Of a DNA stretch of 64,000 nt, positions 26,254 to 41,300 are shown one piece after another; position 1 is the stretch's first letter, and every line of letters begins with the position of its first letter. This DNA comes from Daphnia carinata (lineage: Eukaryota). The DNA lies in NCBI RefSeq assembly GCF_022539665.2, contig NC_081331.1:5394001-5458000 (forward strand). Reading direction: 5' to 3'. A model generated the notes under the pieces. That model was not told the origin of the DNA and searched no databases. It saw only the letters and a program-made list of their open reading frames with translations. The translations under genes and the position numbers were made by a program.

Positions 26254-29200
26254 AAATCTGAAAATTATATGGAAGACTCTTAATAATCAAATTCAATGGG
26301 CAGCGCCATCACAAAAGCCAAAACGACGGAGAATTGAAAAAAATAAAAATAAATACCAACCGGTGTAAACGATAATTATTAGTCCCGGGGATTATTACCC
26401 GGTTGCATTTCATCCTCGCAATAACGACGTAAAAAATAAAGAAGGATGTCTAGATGGCGTCTACATACTAAAAGAACATCAACGGCGATAAATATTATTT
26501 TTTTTTAAAGCGACGACACCTTTCCTTTGAAAAAAAAAAAGGGGGGGGGGGAACATTTACACATCTTCTTTTTATTTTTATTTTTTTTTTTGCATCACGT
26601 AATTACGATCCAAAAATGTACATAACCCAACCTACAGCTATTATCTATTAACACACATTTCTCTTGTTTGATTTTTCTTTCTTTTTCTTCCTTCTCCGTA
26701 ACACTTTTTTTTTTTTAAATTAAACATTAAAAAAAAAAAAAAAAAGACAATAGTCTCTGTCAACATCAAAAGTTTTCATTGAACGTGGTGAAAGTCCTAC
26801 GAAATCCCCCACTAACAAAATCTTTTTTTTTTTTAAATGGAGGCTATACAGGTAAATAGCTAAACTGTATTTGCCTCTCTCACCTGTGTTTTTTTTTTTT
26901 TGCTATATCTATATAAATATAAAAATGTACACACACAACAGAGACAGCGTGCAGCGCACATTCAGCACCACCTGCTGCACCGCTTAATGTCCCCCCGTAA
27001 CGAGATTAATCCTTTTACGGCTAAGCTCTTAAGAAAAAGAAAAGAAAAAAAAAAAAATGTTCCAAAGAGAAACGTTTTCCTCCTCCCCCCCCCCTTCTGC
27101 TCGCCATCAGGATTGTTTTCCTATTCACCTCGTCCCGCGTGATACGGCTTTTCTTAGCTTCCATTGCAAACTCCCCCTTCTTTTTTTTTCTTTTTTTTTA
27201 ATGATTTCACTTCATCATTGCGTCATATACAATCGCCAGAGTGGCCGCTATTGTTATAGTTTCACGCCGTTTGTATCGCCATTGGTCGTCCACTCGCAAC
27301 ATGCAAAATCACCGTGAATACGCGAGTCCCTTATTTAACCGAAGTGGCTTCTCTCCCCCCCCCCCCCCCATCTCCAAACGCTAAACGGCATATTTTTAGT
27401 TTGGCCCCAATTTCGAACTTTTTTTTTTTTTTTTGTAGCTCACATAAGGACTTTGATTTCTATGGCCCGTTGATTGGAATGTCCCGGCATTTATATGGGG
27501 CACGGACTTTTAACACGTAAAGATGGCAAGCCCGCCCTCGGGGTTTCGTTCACGAAGATATCGGGACCGTCTACCCGCTTTTTCCTTATAGAGTTTCGTC
27601 GGACTTTGTTGGTTGCGACGTGAGTTAGGGAGATATTCAAGACGGATGTGAGAGGGACGAAGACGAGCATACATTTAAATACCTTTGCCCAAAAGGGGTA
27701 AAGTGACCCAAACGAGTTGAGGGTCCGTTGCCATACCCACCAATACGATTTTTTTTTTTTTTTTTTTTTTTTTAAACGAAAGAACGGGCTTCCCTTTTAA
27801 AGGTATGTGTGACCCGGCCGCTATACTAGACACATACATTTTTTTTTTAAATGAAGAAAAGAAAAAAAGGGAATCGATGATTAGATTTTTGTTTTTGTTT
27901 TTACCTGGCGGCTACGATCAGTTGACCTCGCGTCACGTCGAACACCAATGAAGAATAAGTACGGGCACCGGTGTGGTTAAACCAAACCATCGACTGTTCC
28001 AAATCTGCAAAAATTGAACCAGGAAAAAAAAAAATGAAATAGTTTTATTATGTAAAAGAAATGTTTTGAAAAAAAATTAAATAAAATAAACATAACAATG
28101 AAAATAAAATTGGCAAACACGAAAAAAAAAAAAAAAAAAAAAAAATGAATTGGACCCGTTTCTTTGCGCTTTATTGCTTTAAAGATGGTGGACTCAAACG
28201 AATGAAAACGGACTACGTTATCTAACGAAACAAAAGGCATTTCACATTTCGTTTTCGTCTTCTCCTTTTTAATTACCTCATATTAAAATGTATTCCTTTT
28301 TTTTTTTTTTTCTTTCGGGGTCAAAGAGAATGGTACAAGGACAGTTAAAAAAAAAAAAAAAAAGACAGGTGTTTCACGAACGAGACGACCGAAAGGGGAA
28401 GGGAAAACAAGCGAGAGAAAGAGAAGGAGAGCCTAAATCGAATAGTCAAGTTGGGTACGGTGCTAGTCTTATTGGAAGGGGGGGGGGGGAGAAGCCCGTG
28501 CGGGACAGGAAACGAAAAAAAAAAAAAATTATGCAAATCGTATTCATGAGCTGTTTAGAAGCCGATGGTTCGGTTGGAATTCCTCCGCGTTTGGGTGAGG
28601 AGAAAAATGGGAGTGGAATGATGAGCCAACAGTTCAATAAAAGAAAATAAAACAAAAAAAAAAAAAAAAAAGAGAGAGACACACAGACATTTTCTCGACT
28701 GGAACACAAGAAAAAAAAAAAAAAAAAAAAAAGGGGGGGGGGGGAATAATAAAAGAAAATCTACATTCCCTCCCGGTCCTCACAACTTATTTAAATCATA
28801 GTGACGGGTAAAAAATAAAATAAAATAAACAAGTCGTCAAAAAAAACAAAAAAAAAGCCGGCACGCGAATATTTAACAGTAAAAAAAAACAAAAAAACAA
28901 ATGAAAATCGTCATCGGGAATAGTTCCCTGTTTTGCGACAACTCTGGTTTTCGATTATGATTATCAGTGCTCTTTACAAGCCCTCGCCTCGTTTCCATTT
29001 CATTTCAATCGATCAAAACGCACAAATAAACTTTCGATTCTTTCCTTTTATGTCCATTCCTAACAGCCAAGGATATTTTGCGTGAAAAAAAAAAAAAAAA
29101 GAAAAAACCTTGCGGGATTCCCATTATTCCACACTGGACAGGGCACGGGTGGGAATGTCAAAAAAAAAAAAAAAAAAAAAAAAACTTTAGGTGGCTCTCT

Positions 29201-30672
29201 ATTTTCTAACGAAACGCGCGCCGAAAAAGTCTTTTTGAACATAACAAAAAACCGGTCCCAGTTCACGAGTTCACATATTTTGTTCTTGACTTAAAGAAAA
29301 AAAAAATAAATAAATAAATAAATACATAATTTACATTTCGAGTCGGGGCTACGTCGCACGCATGCGCGTACCTCAATGTAAAGTGACACATCTGGTGAAA
29401 ATGAGAACCACCAAAAAAAAAAAAAAAATAATAATAATAATACAAAAGACCTCAAGACAAATCAAGTAAAAAAAAAATAAAAAATAAAAAATAAATAATA
29501 ATAACAATAATAAAAAAAGAAACAGGTGGTCATGGCCAGAGCGATAAGGTAACGAAGCGTCGTGAAAAATAAAGGCGACGAATGACAAGTTTTTGATCTC
29601 TTCAACCCGACACGGTAAAAGCCAACACGAATGCGGCTGCTCTGCGATGGGATGTGTTCACGCAGCGGTCGGAGAAGGTCGAAAATGAAACAACACACAA
29701 ACATCTCGAAAAAGAAAAAGGAAAAAAAAAAAAAAAAAAATATCCTCTTTGTTTGCATAATAATAGGGGACTTCTAGCTTGTCAGTGTGTATACTGTATT
29801 TATAAATACCTATATACACAGAGAGCGCGCAAGGGTAGGAAGAAGTGCGTCTGATGAGGACCAACACATTCCTCGTTTTCTTATTCAGGATCTTTCGAAA
29901 AAAAAAAATAAAATAAAAAGTTAGACACACAGGTGAAACAAGACAAACAAAACACGAGGCTATATGCTCGTATCCTACATAGTAGCACCGTGTGCTGCGT
30001 ATGCGTTAAAAAAAAAAGGGGGGAAACATCATGGGGAAACATCATATACACAACCGGACTGTCATTAAGAAAGCTCGTAGCCGGCCCGCTAATTAACGCA
30101 GCCGCTAGCGGACGACACGGCCAGAGAATTTAGAGCGTGAACTTTAACCAGGGCCGGGTCGCAATAATTGGACGCGCATCTTAAGGCCCGTTGGGAGCCG
30201 ATTAGCGAACAGCTGCGCGCTAACACCGGGGCCAAAACAAAAAAAAAACAAAAAACAGATTGGCTTAAAGGCAGACGGGGAAAACGTTGGCCAACGGCGT
30301 GAGGCAAAACAACAGCGAAGCGCCTTTCACTCGAATTCGAAGACGGAGAAACAAGAGGAGAAGGAGAAGAAGAAGAAGAAGAAGAAGAAAATAAATTTTT
30401 GCTTAAATAAGAAATATTTATGTAAAAAGGGGAGAAAAAAAAAATGCCGACAGTCCCGCGGGCGGCTAATGCCAAGCTGAAAAGGTGACGATAGTCTACA
30501 GGTAAAAAAACAAAAAAACAAAGACGCGCACTCGCCGTCCCATTAAATTTCGTCTAAACATTTTTCTTTTTTTTTCTTTTTTACAGTACGATCACAATGT
30601 TTAGATTGGAATTGAAATGCGTACGAGAAATTCACCCGTTCTAAATTTTTAAAATATTGTTGGACATTGTCA

Positions 30673-30705
<33 letters not shown>

Positions 30706-33501
30706 GGATTTAACATTATTTCGATTTCTTTTAGGGGGAAGGCGGTTCAATCAAGAGAAATTCGAGTAGTGTTTTTTTTTAATTCTTCTTGTTTTTATGT
30801 GCGTTTGCGCAACGCGATAAAGCCCGCATAGATCTTGCACGCAAAGCGTAAAGGTTTACAAATGGTGGACATTTACCGCTATTTAAATAAAATTTAATAC
30901 GTTAATGAGGTGGTGGTGACCTCTTTTGTTTTTTCTTCTCGATTTGCTACATTTATTTTTTTTTTTCTTACACGTTGCACTTCGTTTCAGATTGAACTCG
31001 AGAAAAAAAAAAGAGGCGCTCGCCGCATAGGTTGAGATGTCAGTTAAATCAAATGGCGTTAAAAAACAATTGGAGGGGAGTGAACTAAAAAAGAACGATT
31101 TCACTTTTTGTTTTGTTTTTTTTTGTTTGTTTGTTTTTTTTTAACTTGAAAGTTCCAGTTAAAAAGAGAGACAGAAGACATCGAAGAGACTCGAGAAGTG
31201 AACGCAGGAGAAGTCCAAGAGTAAAAACACACACAAAAAAAAAATTTGAATAAGAAAATGGCGTTCTCCATTTCTATTCGACTCCATGCATGAGAATAAT
31301 TTTTACTTAAAAAAAAAAAAAAAAAAAAAAAAAAGTTTGAAGAAAACGGGGTCGTTTCTTAAGGGGCTAAGGAAAACACACACACACACAAAAAATCATT
31401 AGACATTCTCCAGACGTCGGGGCAAAACGTTACAAGAAGAAGATGATCCATTCTGTTCATGCGTCCACAATTCTTATGCTGCCCCTCTAAACACGACTCG
31501 AAAAAAGCAGATGGCCTTTTCTTTCCCTCTCCCCCCCTTTTTCTTTTTTATTCATTTATTTTAGGAGAAAAAAAAAAAAAAAAAACAAATTCAAAATTCA
31601 GATAAACTGCCGTTTTGGAGAGATCTCGTTCAATTTCCCATTTTACGTGGAAAAATCGTGATCTTTACAAAAGGTTTTTTTTTTTATAGACAATTTGATC
31701 GCTACTGGCCCTGTCAAATGTCGGCCGTCAGGTAAAAGAAAAAAAGAGAGAATCAAAACATGTTGGTAAGGGGAAGAAATTTTGTTTCGAAAATGATTTT
31801 CAGAAAAAGAAAAATAGACTATCTAAAGATCCATATTAGGAAAGTCTAGATCTTTAAAAAAAAAAAAAATATATCAACATTTTAAAAAACAAAGTGCCGT
31901 TTTACAATTGTCCCTAAATGATTTCCATTTTTTTTTTTTTTTTTTTTTACATCGCTCTCTATTTTGCCTCGTAAACGAAACGCGGGCATCGCAAAAAAAA
32001 AAAAAAAAAAATAAATAAATGGCGTGACGAAGAAAAGCATTTTCTATGGGCGTGATATGACTCTCGTCTAATATTTCACCTGTGGCCAACGGTGCGTTGA
32101 AAGTGGCGCGTTCAATGACGTTCATTCCGCACGTTTTCAAAGAAGCTTAAGGCGGAGCACCCATTTCGCGTGAACCTATGACGGTAGTCGTTCAACTTGT
32201 TTTTGTTTTTGTTTTTTTGTTTTTTTTTATCCCCAAATGTTCCATCGTGTCATATCTAACGGGGCAACGTCATCGACTAAAGAATTGGATTTTTTTTTTT
32301 TTTTCATTTAACCAAAAAAAAAAAAAAAAAAATGAAAGAGAAAAGAAAAATGTTATGCCCTGGATATTAGCCTGGAGCAAACGCAAGTCATCAAAAAAAA
32401 AAAAAATCTTTTTTCAGCACACGTTTCCATTTTTTTTTTTTTTTTTTTTTAGCCCGACGCGCCATACGAGTTATGCAAATGTTTGAACGTTTGGGTTTTT
32501 TTTTTTTCAGACTGGCTATATACATTTCTGTTTGCTACCACTGCTGTGCTATTCTATTCACAAGTCAAACGTACGTGATGCAATTGACGGGTTTTCTTCG
32601 CTTCTGGACTCTACTTGATCAAAAACTGGCCCCCTCTTTTTTTTTTTTTTTTAGAGCAAAAATTGATAGATAACAAAGTGGAATCAAAGAACCAAGGTGA
32701 AAAACATAAACCTCCCTCCCAAAAAAGGAGAGAACTCTAACCAAATAATCAAAAGGTTTTTCTTTTTCTTTTTTTTTTTTTTAAAGCTTTTCCCCTCCTC
32801 TATTTTGGTCCACGTCTTCTTAAACCGGACACATTCATTTCAACATTTTTCAAAAGCAAACATTTTTTTTTTGGTTTGTGTGCGCGTACTCCATCCGGGT
32901 TCGCATTTTTTTTGTTTTCTTAAGCCATTCGGCATTCCGTTGAAAACGGCCATCTTTAAACGTCCCGAACTCATCATCGTACCTCTTTCTCTCTTTCCCC
33001 CCCCCCCCAAACTGTGAACATATTCCAGGACTAAATTCAATAACGTTTTGCACGCAACTGACCTGCCGTCTTTCAACATGTCGTTAACGACTGGGAAATG
33101 TGGACGTTTTTTTTTTTTTTTTGTCTCCCGATGCCGAAGGCGAACGCTATTTCGGAGGGAGGGGAAAGCTTTAAAACGTATGGCATAACACCGTGCGATG
33201 AGCTTTAGGGGGAAAGAAACGAAAAATGCAGAGCACATATAAATATACATTTATAGGACTATATCAAGATTTATAATAACCCATAAAAGTCTCTCTCCCT
33301 CTTTTTTTTTTTTTTTTTTTTTTTTTCTTTTGGCATGTTCTGTGTTGATAATCTACTCAGCTATGGACGCACACGTAAGTAGCCTAACCGTAGAGAATTT
33401 ATTCCCCCCTCCCTTCTGCCTCTTTTTTTTCTTTAATGTCGTATTTATAAACAAAGCTGTTTCCCCTCTTCTATTTTTATGTAGTGGTACACATTTTCAT
33501 C

Positions 33502-33538
<37 letters not shown>

Positions 33539-34280
33539 GTCCCGATTAATTTTGTTTCTTTTCTCGGGGCTTTTTCTTGACAATAACGTCGATTTCAGCT
33601 GCCCTCTTTTTCCCTCCCCTGTCGACTTGGGAATGATAGATCAAAAAGAGTTCATCACTCGACAGCCGGGGTCTACAGAATGAGCTTCAATCCCAGGTGT
33701 ATCATCACGCACACACAAAGAAAAAAATAATTTAGAAAAAAAAAAAAAGGAAAAAGAAAATGATGGGATTAAAGGGAGGATCCCGTTCGTCCCACTGAAT
33801 GTCAGCAACTAAAAAAAAAAAAAAAAAAAAAACCTCATCGCCCATTCAAATCCTATTGCAACATACGCGCAAGAAAGAAGAACTTTGAACCAACAAGTGG
33901 ATGCAAAAAGGCAATGAAACTATCAAAACAATTTTTTTTTTTTTAACGGATAGTCAGACACATCCGTCACGCGGGAGGAGCTACCGCTTTCAATGTTAGC
34001 CCATTAATAGATCCGTCTCGCCAAAACCGCATGCATTCTCACGCTTTTCACCTGACTAGTTAACTTGTTTTGCACCTACACGGACATTTTCATTGAAAAA
34101 AAAAACAAACAAAACAAACTTACCTCGCTGACTGGGTTGACGGAAATCGTGCTGTTCATCGCTTCGATGATGATGATGATGATGATGTTCAATAGCCGAA
34201 GATAAGTCGAGCATCGCCGTCATGGTCAAGGTCGTCACGAGCAATCGAATAGCGGTTCCCATATCCGCCATCATTTTCAT
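16736..34280 (-). CDS. Sema5c: Semaphorin-5 (Sema-5c ortholog): signal peptide, Sema domain, PSI, seven TSP1 repeats (one degenerate), TM helix and cytoplasmic tail
   Basis: Exons at approx. 34280-34123, 28005-27904, 23978-23830, 23339-23233, 22308-21795, 21688-21178, 20957-20741, 19955-19244, 18938-18572, 17658-17492 and 17202-16736. Motifs KGQSEDDCHNYIRVL, ACGTNAFSPRC, SRVARVCKNDWGG, WTTFLKARLNCSLP, DPYCGW, repeated DGGWxxWSxW...CSxTCG, and TM VIIGAVIVGIFGGLFLTLAVLIVCL. Confidence 0.95.
26145..26252 (+). repeat. Interrupted poly-T tract in a Sema5 intron
   Basis: Several T runs of about 20-40 nt are directly visible. Confidence 0.9.
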
Positions 34281-36435
34281 CCTTTTCGTGATTTCAAAAC
34301 AAAAACAAATCGAAATCTGTGGCGCGCGCGTTCTGGGTGCGGTTTGAAACGAGGCGAACGCTGACACTCCTTAACGTGCCATTGGGGCGTATCTTTAAAC
34401 CAATCCGGTCCGGAGGCCCCTTTTTTTTTTTTTCTCTCTCTTCTTCTTCTTCTGTCAATAAAAAAAAAAAAAAAGAACAAAAAAAAAAAAAAATGAGTAA
34501 ATTTGAAAATGAGCAAAAGGAATCACAGGAAAGTCAATGTCCCCTCCCCCCTTCAGAAAACACATTATTCTGATTTGCTCTAACTAGTTGGGCATTAGGG
34601 AGCGGTCAGTTTGCACGAAAACGAAGCGGTTCGAAACGCTTGCGGGCAACCGTTGTCAAATTTACAAGTGGGAGCGAGACACAAAATAAATAAAAAAAGA
34701 CAACGAGAGTGCAAAGATTGCGCTAGGGAACATCGTTAACGTGTTTTTGTTTTGTTTTTTTAACCCAAAATCTAGCCAATGAAAAATTACATTTAATGAA
34801 CCATTTTCTTTTTTTTTTTAACCTTGCGGCATTTCAACATGAAATGAGCAAAAGTCAGCCAAATAAAATCTTAAAAACGTGATTGATATGATTCGACGGT
34901 TGTCCCCAAACAAATTCAAACAAACTAACAAGGGGGATAATTCTTTGTTTTCTCCTTTTAACATGAATGCAACACTTTATTTATCTCGTGTAAAGTTTTG
35001 AAATGGAGGGCGGGCATTTTGAAAATGGGGTGCGTGTCCGTGTCAGCTTTGATTTCGTTTGTTGTTTTCTGTTTCACTTTTTATTCAAGCAAAACAAGAT
35101 TGAAATTTTTCATTTTCTTTTCCTTTTCTTACAAAACGCGCACCGCCAAAAACAAAAAAAAAAAAAAAAATGATGTTTGGCTAGTAGCGATTCGCCAGTT
35201 AATAAACAAGCGGGAAACATAAATAATAAGAGACAGACACACACACACACATGCGCGCGCGTGTGTGATGAGGTGAATAACACACACACGCATTAAAAAA
35301 AAAACGACCTACACAGACAAATGGCTAACGAACATTTGATAAACTTTCTTTCCACCTTTTAACCGGATACATTGAGCCAAGTGTGTTCTCCAATTATTTT
35401 GTCTTTCCGCAGCTTCGCGTGTGTGTGTGTGTGAAAAGAAACTTTTTTTTTCCGGAGTTGGCAATGCGATCGGTTTCATCTCACAATCGTTCGATGTTCG
35501 TTTCAAATATCCGTCACGTACACAAGACACAAACGTGACCGGATAACAGTTTTACAATTAAACAGAATTTTTTTTTTTTGAAAACGTCGTGATCGGAATT
35601 TGCGATGCAAACGCGCATCGATTGTGAATTTCATCAGCGAAGTGAAAATCAAAGTAAAACATGGGCTCAAATGACGACGATTGAGTGCCATTTTCGAAAT
35701 CTTGATTGGAGAGGGGGAAATAAAAGGAAAGCTAAAAGAATAAACTCTTAAATTTTATTCTCCTTCCGAGATGGTGACGTCCGATATCGCCGGACATGCC
35801 CTCCCTCTTTTAAGAGAAAAGAAAAAAAAAAACAAAAAAAAAACGTTGGGACAAAAAGAAGGGAAACAGTGGCCGAATAATAATAAGCTTCTTTATTTTT
35901 TTGTGTGTGTGTGTGTTTTTTTTTTTCAGCTTTTAATTCATTCCTCCCTCTCTTTAGAAAATAAGAGATTTTTATTTTATTTTCAGATGGAAAACGTTGA
36001 TTTGGGGAACAACGGTTACCTACATGCCGGACCTCAGTTCCCCTCGTTTTTATAATGAGGTGAAGGCTATTCATTAAAGTGGACGCTAGGGCCTGTAGGG
36101 GGCGATCGACTGCTATCGTGTCAGGTTTAACGAACTGCTTGGCCTACTCTAAAATTATTTCTTAAAAATAGACAAAACATTTTCTTTTAAGAGAAAATAC
36201 GTTAGATAGTCGAAATACATTTTTCTTTATGTTTTTTAAACGTGAAATGCATTCGACCAATAAGAAAAATAGGGGGATCGTGTGACGCCTTTTGAAAATC
36301 GCGCGATCCTAAGATGCAGCCATGCAAACGGAGCTCTTCCTTCTTCTTGGCCGTCCGTTCGTTTTTTGAGAGAATAAAAAAAAAGTCTCAGAGTTCAGCT
36401 ATCGGTTATCAACGGCGTAGCTCAAATTCACTTTG

Positions 36436-36471
<36 letters not shown>

Positions 36472-38238
36472 TCGGTTGCGTGAAAATCGAGCCGTACCCC
36501 CATCCTTACACGTTTCGATCACGATGACGAAATCGGGAATAATCACGCAGAGGTTTATCTAACCTCTCCTCGAAAGGGCGTGGCTTCTTCGATATTCAAA
36601 ATCCGCAGCTGCGGACAACGATATCATTATCAAATGATATCGTGAGCGGTACGTGATGTGCGATCAACGTGAGAACTAAACAATTTTCCAATCATCGATT
36701 TCTCCTTCAATTACTTTCGCACAACAAAATAGTCAAAACAATGTCAGACATGTCCCATTATGTTTGACGTCACAAGTTGGAAACAACAACGTCCGAAATC
36801 AAATGTTTTGGTTCTAAAAGTGCACCCCTGTTGCGTAGCCCAGGTAAACGTGTTTACCTCTCACGAGTCTCGTATTCCTTCTTTTTTTTTTTTTCCTTCT
36901 AAACTTCCTACAATTTCCTTATCAGATTTACTGCCGTGTTTTTCTTTTATCGCACCTGATGATAAAGACAATAACAATGCCGGCCTCCGTAAGAAGACGG
37001 ACGATAGCGCATGCACCTAGTCATATAATTACCTCAGCATGTCGAATAAGAAGCCCAACAATGAAAACTAGCCAATGAACGCTAAGAAAGAAAAAAAAAT
37101 ATACATAGTCACACTTTGGTGGTATAAGTTTGAACGCTAGTCACGCTCAGCCTTGTGTAGCCACCAGCTTTGATTTCAAAAAAAAAAAAAAATGGAGTTG
37201 TATAGGCCGTCCTTTAAAAGAAGAAAGAAAAAAAATGAATCAACAAATAATTGTTACAAAAATTACACTAACAATCCAATTGCTACGTAGGGAACGAAAC
37301 ATGTCGCCCGGAGGGAAATGATTCAATGATTTCACGATGATGATGTTATGAGTTGCTATGTCGGAATAAAAACACAAAAAAAAAAGGAAAAATTTCAAAC
37401 GATGAACTCCCGAGTTCGTTGGTGGCCCTTGATGATCTCTCTTCTCCTTTAATCCGATTGATTGTAAATATTTTCTTTTTTAAAAGAAAATGACGTCATT
37501 TTAAACGCAAGTTTAAATGCCCAAGAAAAACAATGGGTGTGTGTGTGTGTGTGTGTGCATTGGACATTTAAAAACACGTGCAACATTTTTTCACAGAGGA
37601 GGTCCTTAAATAGTGTCCCTCTTTTTCCTTATTTAGTTTTTTTTTTTTGTTTTCCAAAAATCTTTTGTATTTTTCTCTCTCTCTTTTTTTCAATCAACTC
37701 CCGTGTATGTGTGTTTCAGACTTTTTATTTAAAAACCACGGCCCCTTGTTATCTGTATAGGGTTTTGGGTTGCACGGTGAGAGTCTGCTGGAGGTAGGTC
37801 GTCGTCCCGACAACACTAAATCGGGACTGTGTGTGTGTGTGTGTGTGACTCTCTTACTTGTGTTCCCCCCTGAAGCACATTGCGTCGTCAGCCCATACAA
37901 TGGCCCCGAAATTGGGAAAAAGAAATAACCAGATTTTTTTTTTCCTATAGCGCAGAGAGAAAACTTAAAAAAGATAAGCGAACATGTATATGAAGCTATA
38001 TAAGGAGAAAGACGAAAAAAAAAAAACAAATTTCTTTCTTTAAATAAAAAAAAAAAGATAAACAAGACAAGTTTGTTGGGGTGAGTGTGTTCTTAAGGTC
38101 TCGGCGGGAGTGACGAATGTCACGTGCTCCGGAATACATATTGGGTGAGATTTTTTTCTTTTAAACTTGTACCACAATTTTTGTTCTTTTTTACACGTCG
38201 TCTTTCTAGTGTTCCATGTAAGGGCAAGTGACCAGACC

Positions 38239-38243
<5 letters not shown>

Positions 38244-38309
<66 letters not shown>
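38244..38309 (+). repeat. Poly-A homopolymer (~66 nt)
   Basis: Uninterrupted A run, the longest in the window. Confidence 0.95.
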
Positions 38310-38312
<3 letters not shown>

Positions 38313-41300
38313 ACGGGCAAACTGAAGGGAGAAATGCGTGGCCATAATTTTTTTCAAGACGCTGATTTTCTTTCTTTTTTTTTTTCCCTTTCAGTACAAT
38401 TGTGTTTTGTAAGTAAGCCCCTCCGAAAGTCCAATCGATTATTACCTGTGCTGGACCTAAAGGTAAATCATCCAATTGTTGTCTTTAGCCACTACGAGTC
38501 TGAGACCTTGAACGCCAAATATACCAGTAATAATAAACAGATCAACATCTATTATCTTTTTATTACAGTATGCCCTCAACGATAGAATTAAGGATGGGCA
38601 ACAGGTAAAAAAAAAAAAATAAAAATGGCTTTCTCTAGAGGGATGTACCAGCCCCTTAACGAGTGGAAAGGCTGGCGACGAACCCAAGACATTTTTTTTT
38701 TTTTTTTTACTACACCGGAGTCAAAAAAAAAGGGGGCAGTGATGAGAGGCCATCATCATCATCGAGTCGCCATCGCCATTATTTCAAAACTAAAAAATTG
38801 GTGGTGTAACTTCATTTTTAATGTCATTTTGACTTCAACTATTTTCCCCTTTAAAAAGAAATTAGAACAAAAATTAAACTTATTAAAGGGCTTGGAGACA
38901 AAGAGTCCTTTTAAATTTGGCCTTTTAACAGAGTCTAACAAACCCGGCAGGAGGAGAAAGAAAGACTCCCGCCGAGCGCTCCGGTGTGCGTTTAACAACG
39001 TGTTCCGTTCCTCTCCCTTTTTTTTTTGGTCGCTCCTACGTAAAAGGGAAATAGCAAAAAAAAAAAAAAAAATGTGCAAAGGAACGGCATAGGTGCGTCA
39101 AAAATTGTCCGAGTGTTCGCCAAAAAAAGCAATTAGCATTTGAAATTCGTTTTCAATCAATTTGCTATTACCCCCCCCCCCCTATTCATTTTCTTTACGG
39201 GCAAGGTGTGTTTTTTAATATCAACATAATGAAAGGAGAAAAAAAAAATGATTGTTTATGATCTGGTCACGCATTTCTCAGCTAAAAAAAAAAAAAAATG
39301 GGCGGCCATTTGGTTTTTTTCTTCCCATTGCGCATCACGAAATTGCGCAGCGCGGGAAAAAACACACATTTGAATAAACAACTGCGCAATGTTGTTTACA
39401 CGACAAGAGATACCTTGGCAAAAGAAGAAAGAAATCCCTGTGTGTAGATTAGCACGTTATGGCTGAAGTGGGACAGGGTTTTTTTTTTTTTTTTCTACAA
39501 CAAGAGAATTTTCAAAGTAAAAACATCGAGAAAAAAAAAAAAAGATGACGAAAGTCGAGGAAGAAGGCGCGGTCAGAGGTGTCGTGTTCTGTCCATTCCA
39601 ACAAACGCTGCACCCTCAAGCCCGTCTGTCACACAAAAAATTGTTTTCAAAAGAAGAAGAAGGAAAAAAAAAAAAAGGGAAACGTTGTGCTTTCTCGTAT
39701 TGTTAAGTCAGCGTGCGTCTGTGATTTTCTTTTTTTTTTTTTTTTTAAATGCTTCTTGTTTTCTGTACGAAAAGGGCGACAGTGTGAGATCATCTCTTAT
39801 TTAGATGGAGACAGTGGACGCGTCTTAACTAACAACACATTTGGACGTCAATAGCCAAACGAAGGGGGAAACGAGGAGCATCTGAAAAGAGGCAGAATCA
39901 GCTGGAAAACGATCGCAGATAATGGGGTCTGACTTTCAGGATGAGAAAAGAAAAAGAAAAAAAAAAGAATCTCGTTTTGTGCTGATTCGTGTCACATACG
40001 CACGTAGGAAGAAACTTTAGACGCCGAGTGAAAGAGACGATTTACGAGCCTTTTTCTTTTTTAAATGGGAGAGATAAACGTAGAGAGAAAAAAAAAATGA
40101 TGAAATATACAAAGACACGTTCTTCTAAAAATCTTGCAAAAGAATTTTTTTTCCGAATGCAAGCAAAGAAAAGGTAGCCGGCAATGATCCAAAACATTTC
40201 ATCTGTTTTCATTAGCGTCAAATAGCGGCAACCTCGCTATTGAAATTGAATGGGGGGGGGGGGAGCCTATTGACCAACAGATCGTCAAAAATCGCCACCA
40301 AAAAAGGATGCCAACACGCCTCGAAGAAAAAGAAAACGATGAAACAAATATTAAAAGAGTGTTGAAACATCTGAAAAGTTCGTAACAGTTAACGACAGGT
40401 GTAAATCCTTAGTTTCACCGTTTTCTTCCTGATTTGATATCCCCTTTCCCCCTAAAAAAAAAAAAAAAAATCTGTACCGAGTGAGTAATGGATTTCAACT
40501 GTGAAAGATCAGCGTCCTACGAGTAACACGTTACACGCTGTTTTAAATGGTCATTTCAGTCCGACAGCCAACTGTTGGGGAACAGGAGGATCTGTGAACA
40601 ATCGTCTACGTGTCGGGCAGTCGTCGGCCGATATTAGTGACGGTCTCACTGACCTTTTCTTTTCTTACATTTGCCCCCCTCGTGTCCAAGCTTTCTACAT
40701 AATCTCGGCATTACCCTCAACTAACTTTATTTTTTTGGAATTTCGGAATTTCAAGATGGACTCGCGTTGGCAAAGTATCGTCTTACTTTCAACAACCTTG
40801 GCGACTTTTCCGAGAAAAAAACACGATTCTATTTCATCACCTAATATCGTAGATGACGGAATAGCAGATAAACTCACAAATAAAAACAAGAAACAAAATA
40901 GAAATTGGCTATTTTGTTTCGCGAAAATCAAAAACTCGACTGACCTGGGATGGCGCCAAAAATTCCACGTGGTTGGCTAATAGCCAAAACGTATCACCAC
41001 CTTTTGATGTAACAGTCAATTTCCAGAAAGCCAACCAAAAAAACCAAACTAACAAAACAAAACAGCTGCAAATGTAATCCGGCGAGAGTGAGACGTGTAG
41101 TTCAAACTTCCTCCAAGATGAAACGAAACGATAAAAAAAAAAATGAAAGCGTCCAGTCATGGACGTCCGACTGCGGTCGAAGCGTAAAATTTACTGAGCG
41201 ATGGGATGCTTCCCCTCTCCTATTTGATCTCTCATCTAATGCTGTGTTGCACGTTTTCATTTTTTTTGGTGTGTATGCGCACACGCGCCAGCCCAAGGCT